DNA of 42,892 nucleotides from Octopus bimaculoides (GCF_001194135.2 NC_068981.1:81562162-81605053), one strand, 5' to 3'. Shown: positions 1 through 11,231, numbered from the stretch's first letter. The notes: generated by a model from the letters alone, not told the origin. Program-made: numbers and translations.

Positions 1-324
1 GCTGTAAACACTCATACACATACATACTTTTCTTTGTACGACTGCCTGTCTTTGATAATGTTCTTATATGTCGCATTTCATACTCACACATAGACATACA
101 TCTTTAACGCCATAATAAATATCTCTGTTATTCATCTAATACGGTTGTGGTCTTTCATTACTGGTCATCTATGTTATCGTAGCATAACATATCATGTATA
201 TCATCATCATATGATATATTATTTTGTGTTCGACCTTGTGACACGTTTAAATAAAAGGAGTCCTCTGTTTTTCCATTCTTCACCATTTCTCCTTATTTGA
301 TTTCACACGGTCGTTCCTTACACA

Positions 325-491
325 TATATACGACAGGCTTCTTTCAGTTTCCGTCCAAATCCACTCACAAGGCTTTGGTCGGCCTGAGGCTATAGTAGAA
401 GACACTTGCCCAAGGTGCCACGCAGTGGGAATGAACCCGGAACCATGTGGTTGGTAAGCAAGCTACTTACCACACAGCCACTCCTGTGCCT
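325..491 (-). mobile_element. tRNA-derived SINE family A (CORE-like, resembling Octopus OR-type SINEs), 5' part
   Basis: Reverse complement closely matches the head of the copy at 27575 (ggagtggctgtgtggtaagtagcttgc...ccttgggcaagtgtctt). Confidence 0.85.
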
Positions 492-1369
492 TGTTTTTTT
501 TTTTTCTACAGAAAGTGAGGGACGTGACTACAACTAAGAATGCTTAATCAGTTTTGAGATAACATTTCCACTATCTCATAAAATACCATCTGCCAAGCAC
601 TGTCCTAACTATTGTTCTCAATTTAGAGTTTTCTTGTGTCTTCACACACTCAGCTCTAGGTGTGGCTTTCACTTTGCTTGAGGTTTTCCTCCTCCTTTCT
701 CCAATTCCTTAGTTCAACACCCACATCAGTCATCTTGAAACCTATCTCCATAACAATAAACAGTATTCAGTCTTCTTTCTTACCAGCCACGTAACACAAT
801 CATCATCGTCACCATACCACCACCACCACCATCACCATTATCATTGCCATTCAACATCTACTTTTCCATGCTTGCATGTCAGACAGAATTTGTTGAAGCT
901 GATTTTCCATGGCCAGCTGTTCTTACTGTTGTCAATCCTCACCTGTTTTCAAGCAAGGTAATATCCCCACTTGGCCAGACACATTTTTCACAGAGGACTG
1001 GAAACAAATAATATCACTTGTATGATGGTGATTCTTGTTTATAACTATCATGTGATACCTAGACAAAGGTACACACACACACACACACACACACACAATT
1101 GAGCCTCTTGCAGTCTTCCTCTGCCAAATTCACTCATACAGCTTTAGTTGGTCCAGGACTATACTAGAAGACTGTCCCAAGACCACATAGTTGGGAAGCA
1201 AGCTTCTTAACCACACAGCTATGACTGTGCTTACTGGACAATGACAAATATAATCAGCCACCTCACTCAACAATATAAACATATGACACACACATACATA
1301 GAGAAGACACCATTTAGAGAACATATAGAAGACATAGTAAAGAAATCAAAATGACTCACAAGTGGAAAC

Positions 1370-1602
1370 GCATGGCTTAGTGGTTAGGGTGTTGGACTTG
1401 TGATCATAAATTTTGTGGTTTCGATTCCTGAACCAGGCAATGTGTTTTGTTCTTGAGCAAAACACTTCATTTCACATTGCTCCAGTCCACTCAGCTAGCA
1501 AAAAATGAGAAATCCTGCGACCTGGTGACCTGTCCAGGTGGTGGATATATATGCCATGAAACTAGGAAACTGGCTCTTATGAGTCGGCATGACTTAAGAA
1601 GG
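1370..1602 (+). mobile_element. tRNA-derived SINE family D
   Basis: A box TGGCTTAGTGG (1373-1383), B-box-like GGTTTCGATTCC (1417-1428), CORE-like cttgagcaaaacactt. Related minus-strand fragments at about 6045-6103 and 26430-26520. Confidence 0.7.
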
Positions 1603-2606
1603 CCAAAAAACAAAACAAAACAAAAAAACATACATACAACAGCCACAGGTACTGCATTTGTCCAACTGATACAAGCAATAACATAAGTTATAAAGATTAC
1701 ATTAAACCTATCCTGATTCTTCCAGTATTGCAAACACTTTAGTTTTCTGGATATTGATGATCGAATCAAAGTAATATTGTTAACTGACTGTTGCTTCTCC
1801 TTGTGTATGAGCTGATGAAGCCGTATCATCTGCATACTGAAGTTTTATGATTTTTGTGTCTTTTGTTAGGTTTTGTAGGTGGAACCTGGAGAAGTTTATG
1901 AGTTTTTTTTATCAAAACAGTACCTTTTCTTTAATCCCGTTTGTTTATTGTTGATAGTTCTTGGAACATGACTGCCAAGCTCAGTGAGACAATTGTTGGA
2001 ACAAGTACATAACTTTGTTTCATTCTGTTGGTGACTAGAAACTCTTTACCCTGTTAGAATTTGAACTGGTCATACCAGACCCAAATATTTTTCCTTTTTT
2101 GTGTTAAAACTAGTTTGATCTAACTTCATGTGCTTCCTTGACAATGTCATTCTAAAAATAAGCAAGCACATTATCAAAGTCTCAAAGCTATGAGATAATA
2201 CAGGATTAATTCAAAACAATGTGAATAAATAAGTCTTATGTTTGATAGAATAATTTGATTGCTAATGAGTTAAAGATTTTCTGATTGGATACTCTTTCAA
2301 CCATGCAATCAAGGAGGTTTTGGATGTGTTACAAATCAGCTAGAGCAACAAAAACATTTATAGCCATCTACATGGCAAATCTCAGCACAGTGTTGAAGAT
2401 TTTTTAAAATAGATGATACAAGTTTTTGTTCACTGTTCTTGAACAATGGCGATTAGCTCTCTGAAATAAGGTGAAGTATATGAGTGTTGCAGGATAATGA
2501 TATGAAAGAAGGAATTGAAAGGTAAAATGAAAGAGAATGTTAAAGGCGAGCCAGAAAGATCTTGGAAACAAAGCTAAATGGAAAAGATTTCATTAGAAAT
2601 ATTTAA

Positions 2607-2813
2607 CCCTTTCGATACCAACCCGGCTGAAACTAGTGCAAATGTCTTGTTTTCATAAGTTTTGAATTAAGATCTTCCACCAAACCTTAGTCACAATTTA
2701 TGTTCCTAACACTAGCTTAATGATGACTAAGTTATTATACTAAATTCTTTGTTATATTTAAAATTAATTGAAAGAAACACAGAACATCTCAAAATAAATA
2801 CAGTAATGAAAGG
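2607..2813 (+). mobile_element. piggyBac-type MITE (degenerate right end)
   Basis: TTAA-CCCTTTCG left end, gtaatgaaagg-ttga right end. Reverse-oriented relative of the element at 20993-21206. Confidence 0.65.
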
Positions 2814-3124
2814 TTGATGTAAGTAATACTCATATTCTGCAGCTTTTCTCTTGAGAGACAAGAAATGAACTAAACAAAAGGTACCAATGCATCAGATAAG
2901 TACATGTACTTAATTATAGGTAACCAGTGAAATGTAAAATTATTTAAATTTTGTAACAATGTCTCCATATATGTTGAATTATAGTTAATATTTAGCTAGC
3001 ATAAATGCTAGAAATGTAACATAGGACATCAAAGATGTGTGTACTTTATCAGATTTTCATCTTAACATATAAAACATGTACACATAACACCTTAACATTC
3101 ATATTACTCTGTTAAATGTAATGC

Positions 3125-3279
3125 TCATTAATTCATACCATTGAGGTTTTGATAATGTGATTATTTATTCTTTGAATGACATTGTAGGGCAGGTGTGAAA
3201 AGTCAGATTTGGCCAGTTTGAACATAAGACGGGAAGAATATTTTGGACAGATTTAGCTGGTTTAAATGCTAAAGGGATA
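3125..3279 (-). mobile_element. Second TTAA-type MITE family fragment
   Basis: Shared core caatgtcattctaaaaa...gctatgagataat and gctaaaggg(t)taa end with copies at about 2070-2272 and 20190-20359. Confidence 0.55.
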
Positions 3280-3385
3280 AACAGTAGACTTACTAAATAA
3301 CTAAATCTGCAGATTCTTGTGATTATTCTCTTAAAATACTTCTTTGTTTTAATCACACATGAACTTTTTTCTTTTTTTTTACCAG

Positions 3386-3505
3386 GATGCATGTTCCAAA
3401 TTGCAATCTTTGCGGTCTGCCATGGCAGTTCGAGAAAAAGCTACAAAACATGCCTATCATGAGGTAACAGAGACCAAAAAGCAATTCCTCTGCTTAGGAA
3501 TGACA
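3386..3505 (+). CDS. FPGS: FPGS coding exon E1 (first identified; phase 0/0): DACSKLQSLRSAMAVREKATKHAYHEVTETKKQFLCLGMT
   Basis: Pyrimidine tract + CAG acceptor at 3383-3385, donor GTAAGA at 3506. 120 nt, aligns with the human FPGS segment DAVRMLNTLQ...SGLQ and splices in frame to E2. Confidence 0.8.
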
Positions 3506-4089
3506 GTAAGAGTTATTTTGATTCACTTCATTCTTTTTACCTCATCAGAAATAGTCTTCATGAGTGTTATAGGAAAGTAACCTCTTGATTCACTGACAGT
3601 TTTTCCAGATAAATTTTCATTAACCTATCTGATTTCAACAATTGAAGTAGGATTTCATCATTATCATCATCATCTTATACATTTCGAAGCTTCCATGGGT
3701 CAGATGGAATTTGTTGAGGCAATTTTTGTTTTTTATGGTGAGATGCTCTTCCTACTATTAACCTTCACCTATTTCCAAGTAAAATAACATTTCCCCATGG
3801 ATGGCTGTGCTTTCATGGATCCTTTGAAATGAAGAACACTATATGTTGGTATCACTCATTTACAAAAATCTCTCTCTCTCACTCACACACAATATTTATA
3901 TATATATGTATATTTAATATAAGGATAAAATCTATATAAGATTTTATCAAGTAGCCAGTCTGTAAAACCAATTATGGCAAAAAATTAATACTAAGTATAT
4001 AATTTTTTTAAAGTATATAAATTTTAAAAAGATACATTATTACAATAAGGGCTGTTGCTATAAGTAAATCTATACACTGGAAAGGGATG

Positions 4090-4334
4090 CTCCTTCATTG
4101 GACACGAAACTCGGCTTTCGAAGACTTGTTGGGGAAAGCGAAATCGTGATGGCACCTGTGCCCAGCGTCGCCTTCCTGGCACGTGTAAAGACATTCCAGT
4201 GAGATCGTTGCCAGTGCCGCTGGACTGACTCCTGTGCAGGTGGCACGTAAAATACACCATTTTGAGCATGGCTGTTGCCAGTACTGCCTGACTGGCCTTC
4301 GTGCCGGTGGCACGTAAAAGCACCCACTACACTC
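4090..4334 (+). mobile_element. RTE-element 3' UTR fragment
   Basis: Matches the sequence following the RTE ORF at 33520-33770 (ccttcattggacac..., gtgccggtggcacgtaaaagcacccactacactctc). Confidence 0.75.
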
Positions 4335-6040
4335 TCTGGCATTCCTCTTCCATCCAGCATGCCCCAGCAGAGCTCCATCATCACAACAATCCCTATCTTT
4401 CCACTTGCAGTTATTATTTCCACACTTACTTCTGATGGACCAGCTGCCTTTCCTGTTTTCATTTCCTTCATTGCCTGCACTATTTCTTCCTGACTAACCC
4501 TCTCCACTGGCCCCTGTACCACAGCAACTACCACCCTCTGATCCCATTCATTGTCCTCATTCATAATTCCCTTCATATACTCTTTCTGAACTCTTCCCCT
4601 GTCCTTACTAAAATTCAACCTTCCATCACTCCTTCTCACATCTTCCTCCTTCAACATCTCTTCCATCTTTTTCCATTGATTTCATAAACCTAATCACTCT
4701 CGGTTTTCATCCAGCCCGTTCAAATTCTCCTCAGCCTCCTTCTCCATAGATTTCGCAGCCATCCTCTTACCATGACTCTTCATGTTATTATACCTGGCTT
4801 TCATTTGCTCAATCCTATTATTACATAAAGCTTTGTGTGCCTCCTTCTTCCTCACTATCGCATCCCTCCTTGTTCCACCACCACGTATCTCCTCAATCTC
4901 TCCTACCTTTCGTCCTGCCACACACTTCGTCACATGCCTTTAGTGCCCACGGGCATGTGGCATAGTGGTTAAGAGCGCGGGCTCCTAACCTCAAGATTCA
5001 GAGTTCGATTCCAGGCAGTGACCTGAATAATAATAATAATAATAACATCAAAAAATATCTTAGGAATGAGAACCCAGGTTTGAAATTTCCCCAAGACACC
5101 TGGTGAAGACTGGAGGGTATATCAGCTGAAATGTGTTAACAACAAACAAGATGAGGACAAATATCCGTCAATTGTAAATAATGTACATAATTTCTCATCT
5201 TTTAAATATAGAACTGCCTTTAGTACTCTTCCTTAAAAGACTTCCACAAATCTGGTGCATCAATGCTTACCAACTTCTCAACTCTCTCCTCAAACCTTGC
5301 TCTTAATTCTTCTTCCTTCAGTTTCCACACCTTTCTCCTCTCAACCGCTCCCTTTCTCACATACTTTTTAACTTCTTATCCAAGTCAGCAACCACCAGTC
5401 TATGCTGCAATTCTCCTGGCATTGTTTTCACATCTCTGAGATACTTTCTGTTTACCATGTCAACCAACACGAAATCACTCTGTCCTCATTCCCTCCTGCA
5501 CAGAAAGTCACCTTCCTTTACTGTTTTCCTAATGCACATGTTTGCCACACACAACTCCTTCTCATCGCAAAACTCCAACAGCATCCTTCCTTCCATATTT
5601 CTCAACTCAATTCCGCTTCCCCCATGCACATCCTCAAAGCCCTGGATCCCAACATGTCCATTAAAATCCCCCATGCCCAAAACCAATTCATCCACCTTTT
5701 GTAAGTCCCACTCACTCGCCATTTCATCAAAGAACTGCTCTTTCTCGGCGATCCCTCTTCCACTTTGCGGACCATACCCACAAATCACCCTCACCACTTC
5801 TTCCTCAAATGCTAATACTACTCTCTTCACTCTGTCACTCTTTCTCCTGACCTCCACCACCTTCTCACAGATTTCTTCCTTCACCAAAACTCCCACAACC
5901 CCAGTCCCCTTGCCATTTCCCTGTCTTCACAGCTTGTACCTTCTTCCCTTGACCCCCACAAATCTTGCACCCTGACCTTCCACCTAACCTCCCGTACACA
6001 GCACACATCCATCCTCCTCTTCCTCAACTCCTCACACACC
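4335..6040 (-). mobile_element. RTE-clade non-LTR retrotransposon fragment (APE endonuclease to pre-RT linker), disrupted
   Basis: Minus-strand peptides VCCVREVRWKG, GVLV, YGPQ, GDFNGHVG, RNMEGRMLLEFC..LCVAN and EMKTGKAAGP (track ORFs 5486..5896, 4694..4933, 4070..4666). Frameshifted, and split by a SINE at 4945-5214. Confidence 0.9.
4945..5214 (+). mobile_element. tRNA-headed SINE family B with (AAT)n spacer and hammerhead-like tail, full length
   Basis: A box TGGCATAGTGG, B box GTTCGATTCC. Flanked by 10-bp direct repeat TGCCTTTAGT (4935-4944 and 5215-5224) inside the RTE element. Confidence 0.9.
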
Positions 6041-7399
6041 TCAGAGCATCACTGGGAATTGAACTCATGACCTTACGATTGTGATCCTAATATCCTAACC
6101 ACAAAGTTACATAAAGTCGCATATTTGATCTAAAAAGCCAGAGGTATTTTTTCATGTAAAATCACTGTTGGTGAAGAGAACAAATCTTGATTAATTCACT
6201 CTGCTTTCAAAATTTAATCAATTTTAATTAAAATGTAACAGTTGTCTTCCCTGCCATTTTGTTTTTTTTGGTGTGTGAGCGATCATTTAGAGTGATTTGC
6301 TTTTTATCACTGAGGGTATAATTTTGGGGTTGTCTTTTCCAGAATTAGTCATTTATATCAATTTATTTCTCATCAGTATCTGTATTATATAAATTACTCA
6401 AAATTTCTTGTCTTTGTCAAGTATGCTAGTGCCCATTTCATTATAGTAGCTTGATGCCAGTCACTATCATGAAAGAAATTGATGCATGGACCTAAGTTAT
6501 TTGCTTTATTGTTCTCACTATAAATGTATTTAATGAATAACTAACATTACAATTACAAATTACAACAATGGTTCAACATGAATACAGAAGTAACAGGTGA
6601 TCACTGTAATGTCTTTGTTTCTATTGTCTTCTTTTTTTTTTTACATGATATGTCATCTGCTCTTTTGGTTTGGTCACATGTCACTTGTGTTGGTTGATTG
6701 CATCTCACTTTTTGTTTTTGTTGTCAGCAGCATTTAGCTTTGTGGGTGCCTCTGTGTGCTCACTCAACCTGCTTGAAATAGCAGTGAAATATCCCTACTA
6801 TCTTTTAAAACAAACTACAGCAAACAAAATCATCTTGGATAACCCAATCAAATGAACCAGCAGACTGGATGGTCAGTCATGGCTTTGTTACCTTTGATTA
6901 GAGATCTTTTTCAATTCGGATTTTGCACAAGTTTACAGCAACAATAAGCTTTCTTTCCCCCTCTCTCTCTCTCTCTTTCTCTTTCTCTTTGTTGCATACA
7001 CACTGTTGTAATGATACAAATCTAAATGTACTTAGTTGCACATTGTTAAATATGCTGTTGCAGATAAAAGGGGGTCAGCTTAATGGCTGCGGGGACTACA
7101 GTTGAATAGACAACCAACCTTAACCCTGCATCACGTTATTTGCCTGCATGATATATGGTGGCAACAGTAAAACAAGATAAATATATCAAAACAAAACTAT
7201 TTGCATCACTAGCTCATTTTAAAAAGCCACATTATTATCATTAGACATTGCTCAATGCTACCAATTTACCAGTATTGTCAGTGAATGCAACGTAACACAA
7301 AACAAAAAAATGAGAAGGAAACAGATATCCAGTGACAAATTGCAAGAATACACATACACACACAAACTACAATGGACTCCACATGTTTAGTTGGAGGCA

Positions 7400-7695
7400 A
7401 TGTATGGCCATACTCTTCAAAACAAACTCAAGAAAAACTAAGATCATTAGGATGGGAAGTTCTTCCACGTCCTCCATACTCGCCTAACTTAGCACCTATG
7501 GATTTCCATCTGCTCTGATCACTAGAACATTTTATAAGAGGCAAAACATTCAGAAACAGAGAGGAAGTTAAAAACAGTCTTTCAAAATTTTTCAGGAAAC
7601 GAAATAGGTTTCTTTGACTGTGACATAAAAAAAGTTACTTTCCCATTGGATTGCAGTTGTTGAGATTGATGGTGATTATGTTCTTGATTAAAACT
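7400..7695 (+). mobile_element. mariner transposase C-terminal remnant
   Basis: Translates as QEKLRSLGWEVLPRPPYSPNLAPMDFHLL*SLEHFIRGKTF...VVEIDGDYVLD, matching the mariner HPPYSPDLAPSD motif and C-terminus, with stop and frameshifts. Confidence 0.85.
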
Positions 7696-7826
7696 ATTCA
7701 GATGAAAGTAGTTTACATTCATTTTTATATCCCTTTTGATAAAACACAATTACTTTCCAAACACACTAATATATATTCATTATATAATCTTATGTAATCC
7801 TTGCTTATTTTTTTTAATGTTTTTAG

Positions 7827-7945
7827 ATGGAAAAGTTAGATCAGCTGTCTGTGGTCCATGTTGCTGGCACAAAAGGAAAGGGTTCAACATGTGCTTACAC
7901 AGAGAGTATCTTGCGGAACTGTGGATACAAGACTGGAATGTTCTG
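7827..7945 (+). CDS. FPGS: FPGS exon E2: [39 protein letters not shown] (P-loop)
   Basis: TTTTAG acceptor, GTAACC donor at 7946. Contains the FolC/FPGS ATP-binding motif [11 protein letters not shown]. Ends in phase 2. Confidence 0.95.
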
Positions 7946-8071
7946 GTAACCTTTACATTAAAGCAACTTTGTTTGTGTGACCTGAACAGGGTTATTATTT
8001 TGTCAGTAAGGTTAATGTCCTATAGCACTGGTCAGATTTTATGAAGAGGTGTTATACAAATAAATGTATAT

Positions 8072-8100
8072 AGTTCTATATTTAAGAGATGAGGGATTAT
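8072..8100 (-). mobile_element. Extreme 3' tip of SINE family B (5'-truncated insertion)
   Basis: agttctatatttaagagatgagggattat matches 19762-19790 and the reverse complement of about 5186-5214. Confidence 0.6.
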
Positions 8101-8939
8101 TTAAGAGCTCAGTTAAATTTTGATGGGTTATTACAAAGACTACTTGCATGTAAATACATAACTGGCCAAAACTGTCTTTTAGGAGCATCATATTTAGCAA
8201 AAAAGCATAAATTTCCAATTATAGTTCATGCTTTAATTGTGCTCAACAGCTGTTTCATTATGATAAGTAGTACCAGATATATAATTACATGATTGCGATA
8301 CATAATGAAATTAAATTAGATTCAGTCAAATTAATTTAAAAACTGCTTAGCATTCATCAATCCAATGAAGGCTAGGCAAGTTGAAACTTCGAAGTCACGA
8401 TCAATACTGTTCTTGTTAAAGAATAATAAAAATATACTCTACAAAAAGTATTGAGTGATCCTTTAGTTTAATGCAAAATTGTTTTTATTATAATTTAACA
8501 TAAAAAAGACGGAAACATTAATATAATTAATATATAATTAAAATATATTATGTCATGGCTGGTTGCTGTAAAGGGATTTTATCCTATATATGCTGTTCTG
8601 TCAAAAGCATTTGTTGGATCTTCTCTCAAAGTGAAGAAAAATCAAGAACTTATTTTGTATAGTATTTAATATACCTTTATTTATCTTTGTTGTCAAAATA
8701 TTATGCCAATATGTGTGATCATGTGAAACAGAGAGAGAGAGAAAAAGACAATATATATATATCAGGTTGTGTTAGTGATCACCTTTTCTCCCAGTTAAAC
8801 AAAGAATCATAACATTTATTGATGCGATAAGTAATTTTCATGTGAGTTTGTTTAACTTTCATCCAAGTTTTAACATGTTTTACTTCTGAGATGATAACCT
8901 CTGTTATTTATTTAACCATTTCTCTTTTGGATGATTCAG

Positions 8940-9054
8940 TTCACCACACTTGGTTGATTTAAGAGAAAGGATACAAATTAATGGCCGCCGTCTTTCAGAG
9001 TCAACTTTTTCCAGATATTTCTTTGAAGTCTATGACCGCCTGCATGAGTCAATG
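8940..9054 (+). CDS. FPGS: FPGS exon E3: (C)SPHLVDLRERIQINGRRLSESTFSRYFFEVYDRLHESM
   Basis: TTCAG acceptor, GTGATT donor. SPHL and RERIxING motifs of FPGS. Phase 2 in, phase 0 out. Confidence 0.95.
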
Positions 9055-9234
9055 GTGATTTGCTTTTACTTACATATAATAACATCCCGATGTATCAACC
9101 CTCACAACTGCAGTTGAAGTTGTTTAGGATTCTCTCCTCTTTAGCTTGTCCTGATTGAGCAAACCTATGGTCAAAGGCATTCCAGTTATGACCATCTTGC
9201 CTTACTCTTGGAATATTGTATTTTTTTTTATCTC

Positions 9235-9562
9235 TTCTCTTTTACCTGTGTCAAGTCATTGTACTGCAGCTGTGCTGGTGTGCTACCTTGTAGGGTTGAC
9301 ATTGAAAAAAATTGACCCCAGTATTTAGTTTTTAAAGTCTGGTACTTATTCTATTGGTCTCTCTTGCTGAACCACTAAGTTATAGGGATGCAAACAAACC
9401 AACACTGATTGTCGGTTGGTAGTGGGGGATCAACACAAGGCTTTTGTTGACCCCAGGGCAATAGTAGAAAACACTTTCCCTAGTGCCATACATTGGAGCT
9501 GAACCTGAAACTATGTGAAGCTATGTTGGGAAGCAGACTTCTTACCACACAACCATGCCTGT
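9235..9562 (-). mobile_element. SINE family A, diverged near-full-length copy
   Basis: Reverse complement colinear with 27575-27998 from head to tail. Confidence 0.75.
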
Positions 9563-9729
9563 ATATCTAAGATTAGAAATAATATTTGTTTCTAGCATAA
9601 GGGGAAAGCCTGAGATTTGCAGGGATGGGAATTAGTTAATTAAATCAGTTCCAGTACTTGATTAGAACTTTATTTTTCCAGTCAAGTACTCTTGTCAGTG
9701 GTGGTGGTGATGATGCTGTAGAATCTTTA

Positions 9730-10600
9730 GTCCACTGTTCAAAATGCTTACTGACATTTCTTCTAGTTTTACGTTCTGAGTTCAGATTCTACTGAAGTTA
9801 ACTTTGCCTTTCATCATTTCAGGGACAATGGAATAGGTATCAGTTAAGCATTGGGGATCAGTGTAATCAAGTATCTCTCTTCCCCCAAATTGAAGGCCTT
9901 GTACCTATAGTAGAAACAATTATTATTATTATCATTATAGTTATTAAGGCAGCAAGCTGGCAGAATCATTAGCCTGCTCGGTGAAATGTTCTGAGTTCAA
10001 ATGCCACCAAGGTTGACTTTGCCTTTCATCCTTTTGGGGTCGATGAAATAAGTAACAGTTGAATATTGGGGTCGATATAATCAACCAGCCCCTTTCTCCA
10101 AAATTTAAGACCTTGTACTTATAGTAGAAAAGATTATTACTATTATCATTATAGTTATTAAAGCAGTGAGCTGGCAGAATTGTTAGCCTGCTGGGCAAAA
10201 TGCTTAGCAGTATATCTTCTGTCTTTACATTCTAAGTTCAAATTCTGCTGAGGTCAACTTTACCGTTCATGCTCTTGGAGTCAGTGAAATAAGTACCAGT
10301 TACACACTGAGGTTTATGTAATTGACTAGCCCCTCCCCCAAAATTTCGTGCCTTGTGCTCATAGTGCAAAGGATTAGGATTATTATTATGATTATTATTT
10401 TTATTAAGGCAGTGCACTGATAAGATAGTTATCACACCGTTTTTATGTTCTGAGTGTAAATGATGCTGACTTTAGCTTTTCTGTTCGTCCTTTTGGGAGC
10501 AATAGAATAAGTACCAGCTGAGCACTATGGTTGATATAATCAACTTAACTTCATTCCCCAAGATTTCAGGCCTTGTGCCTGTAGCAAAAAGGATTATTTA
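9730..10600 (+). mobile_element. Four head-to-tail copies of SINE family C (Deu/Nin-domain-like)
   Basis: Copies start at about 9730, 9945, 10159 and 10405. Core gactttgcctttcatcc...gtcgat..aataagtaccagt, each ending gtagaaaagattattatt. Confidence 0.85.
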
Positions 10601-10640
10601 ACCTTTTTCTTACCATATTTCTGTTAACATATACTGCCTT

Positions 10641-10925
10641 TGTTTCACTTTGTCTTCTCTCTCTCTCTCTCTCCCACTTTGTTTTCTCTATCTCTCTCCC
10701 ACTTTGTTTTCTCTCTCTCTCCCACTTTGTCTTCTCTCTCTCTCTCCCACTTTGTCTTCTCTTTCTCTCTTACTTTATCTTCTTGCTCTTTCACTTTATT
10801 CTCCCTCTCTCTCTCTGTTTTGTTTCTCTCTCATTTTTCCCTCCCTCTCTCTTACTTTGCCCTCACTCTCCCTCTCATTTTGTCCTCCTTCTTTCTCTCA
10901 CTTTGTCTTCTCTCTCTATCCATCC
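10641..10925 (+). repeat. CT-rich tandem array (unit about cccactttgtcttctctctctct) decaying into (CT)n
   Basis: Repeated cactttgt(c/t)ttctct units read directly. Track ORFs here are low-complexity Leu/Ser artefacts. Confidence 0.85.
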
Positions 10926-10985
10926 ATCTAACTCTCATCCATGTTCCAAATAAAGCTTCTTATATATATATTCTGTTTCTCATAG

Positions 10986-11231
10986 AAAAACGGAGCAATC
11001 AGTGATATGCCTCATTATTTTCAATTTTTGACTTTAATGGCATTATATGTATTCCTGAAAGAACCAGTTGATGTTGCTATAATAGAAGTTGGTATTGGTG
11101 GCCAGTATGACTCTACAAATTTCATAAACACAGCTGTGGTTTGTGGCATCTCTCTACTGGATTATGATCATGAACACATTTTGGGATCAACTCTTGATGA
11201 GATTGCTTGGCAGAAAGCAGGAATTTTCAAG
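10986..11231 (+). CDS. FPGS: FPGS exon E4: KNGAISDMPHYFQFLTLMA...EVGIGGQYDSTN...DHEHILGSTLDEIAWQKAGIFK
   Basis: CATAG acceptor, AAG|GTATAT donor. 246 nt with FPGS signatures EVGxGGxxDxTN, DH and KAGIFK. Overlaps track ORF 11007..11300. Confidence 0.96.

Noticed and set aside
1870-1919. Candidate first FPGS exon (good acceptor at 1868-1869; reads VEPGEVYE or MSFFYQ)
   Set aside because: No GT donor in the phase needed to join E1. The only nearby donor (A|GTACCT) gives a frame that stops inside E1. It might be a 5' UTR exon but cannot be supported.
3461-3470. Alternative E1 donor GAG|GTAACA at 3464
   Set aside because: In frame, but it would drop 14 residues that align with other FPGS proteins. 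The donor at 3506 is stronger. Minor use cannot be excluded.
10640-11005. Leu/Ser/Phe-rich ORFs resembling membrane proteins (also 30986-31432, 32085-32433, 29142-29740)
   Set aside because: They are translations of CT, AAT, TA/TG and 19-bp repeats or N gaps, with no domain motifs.
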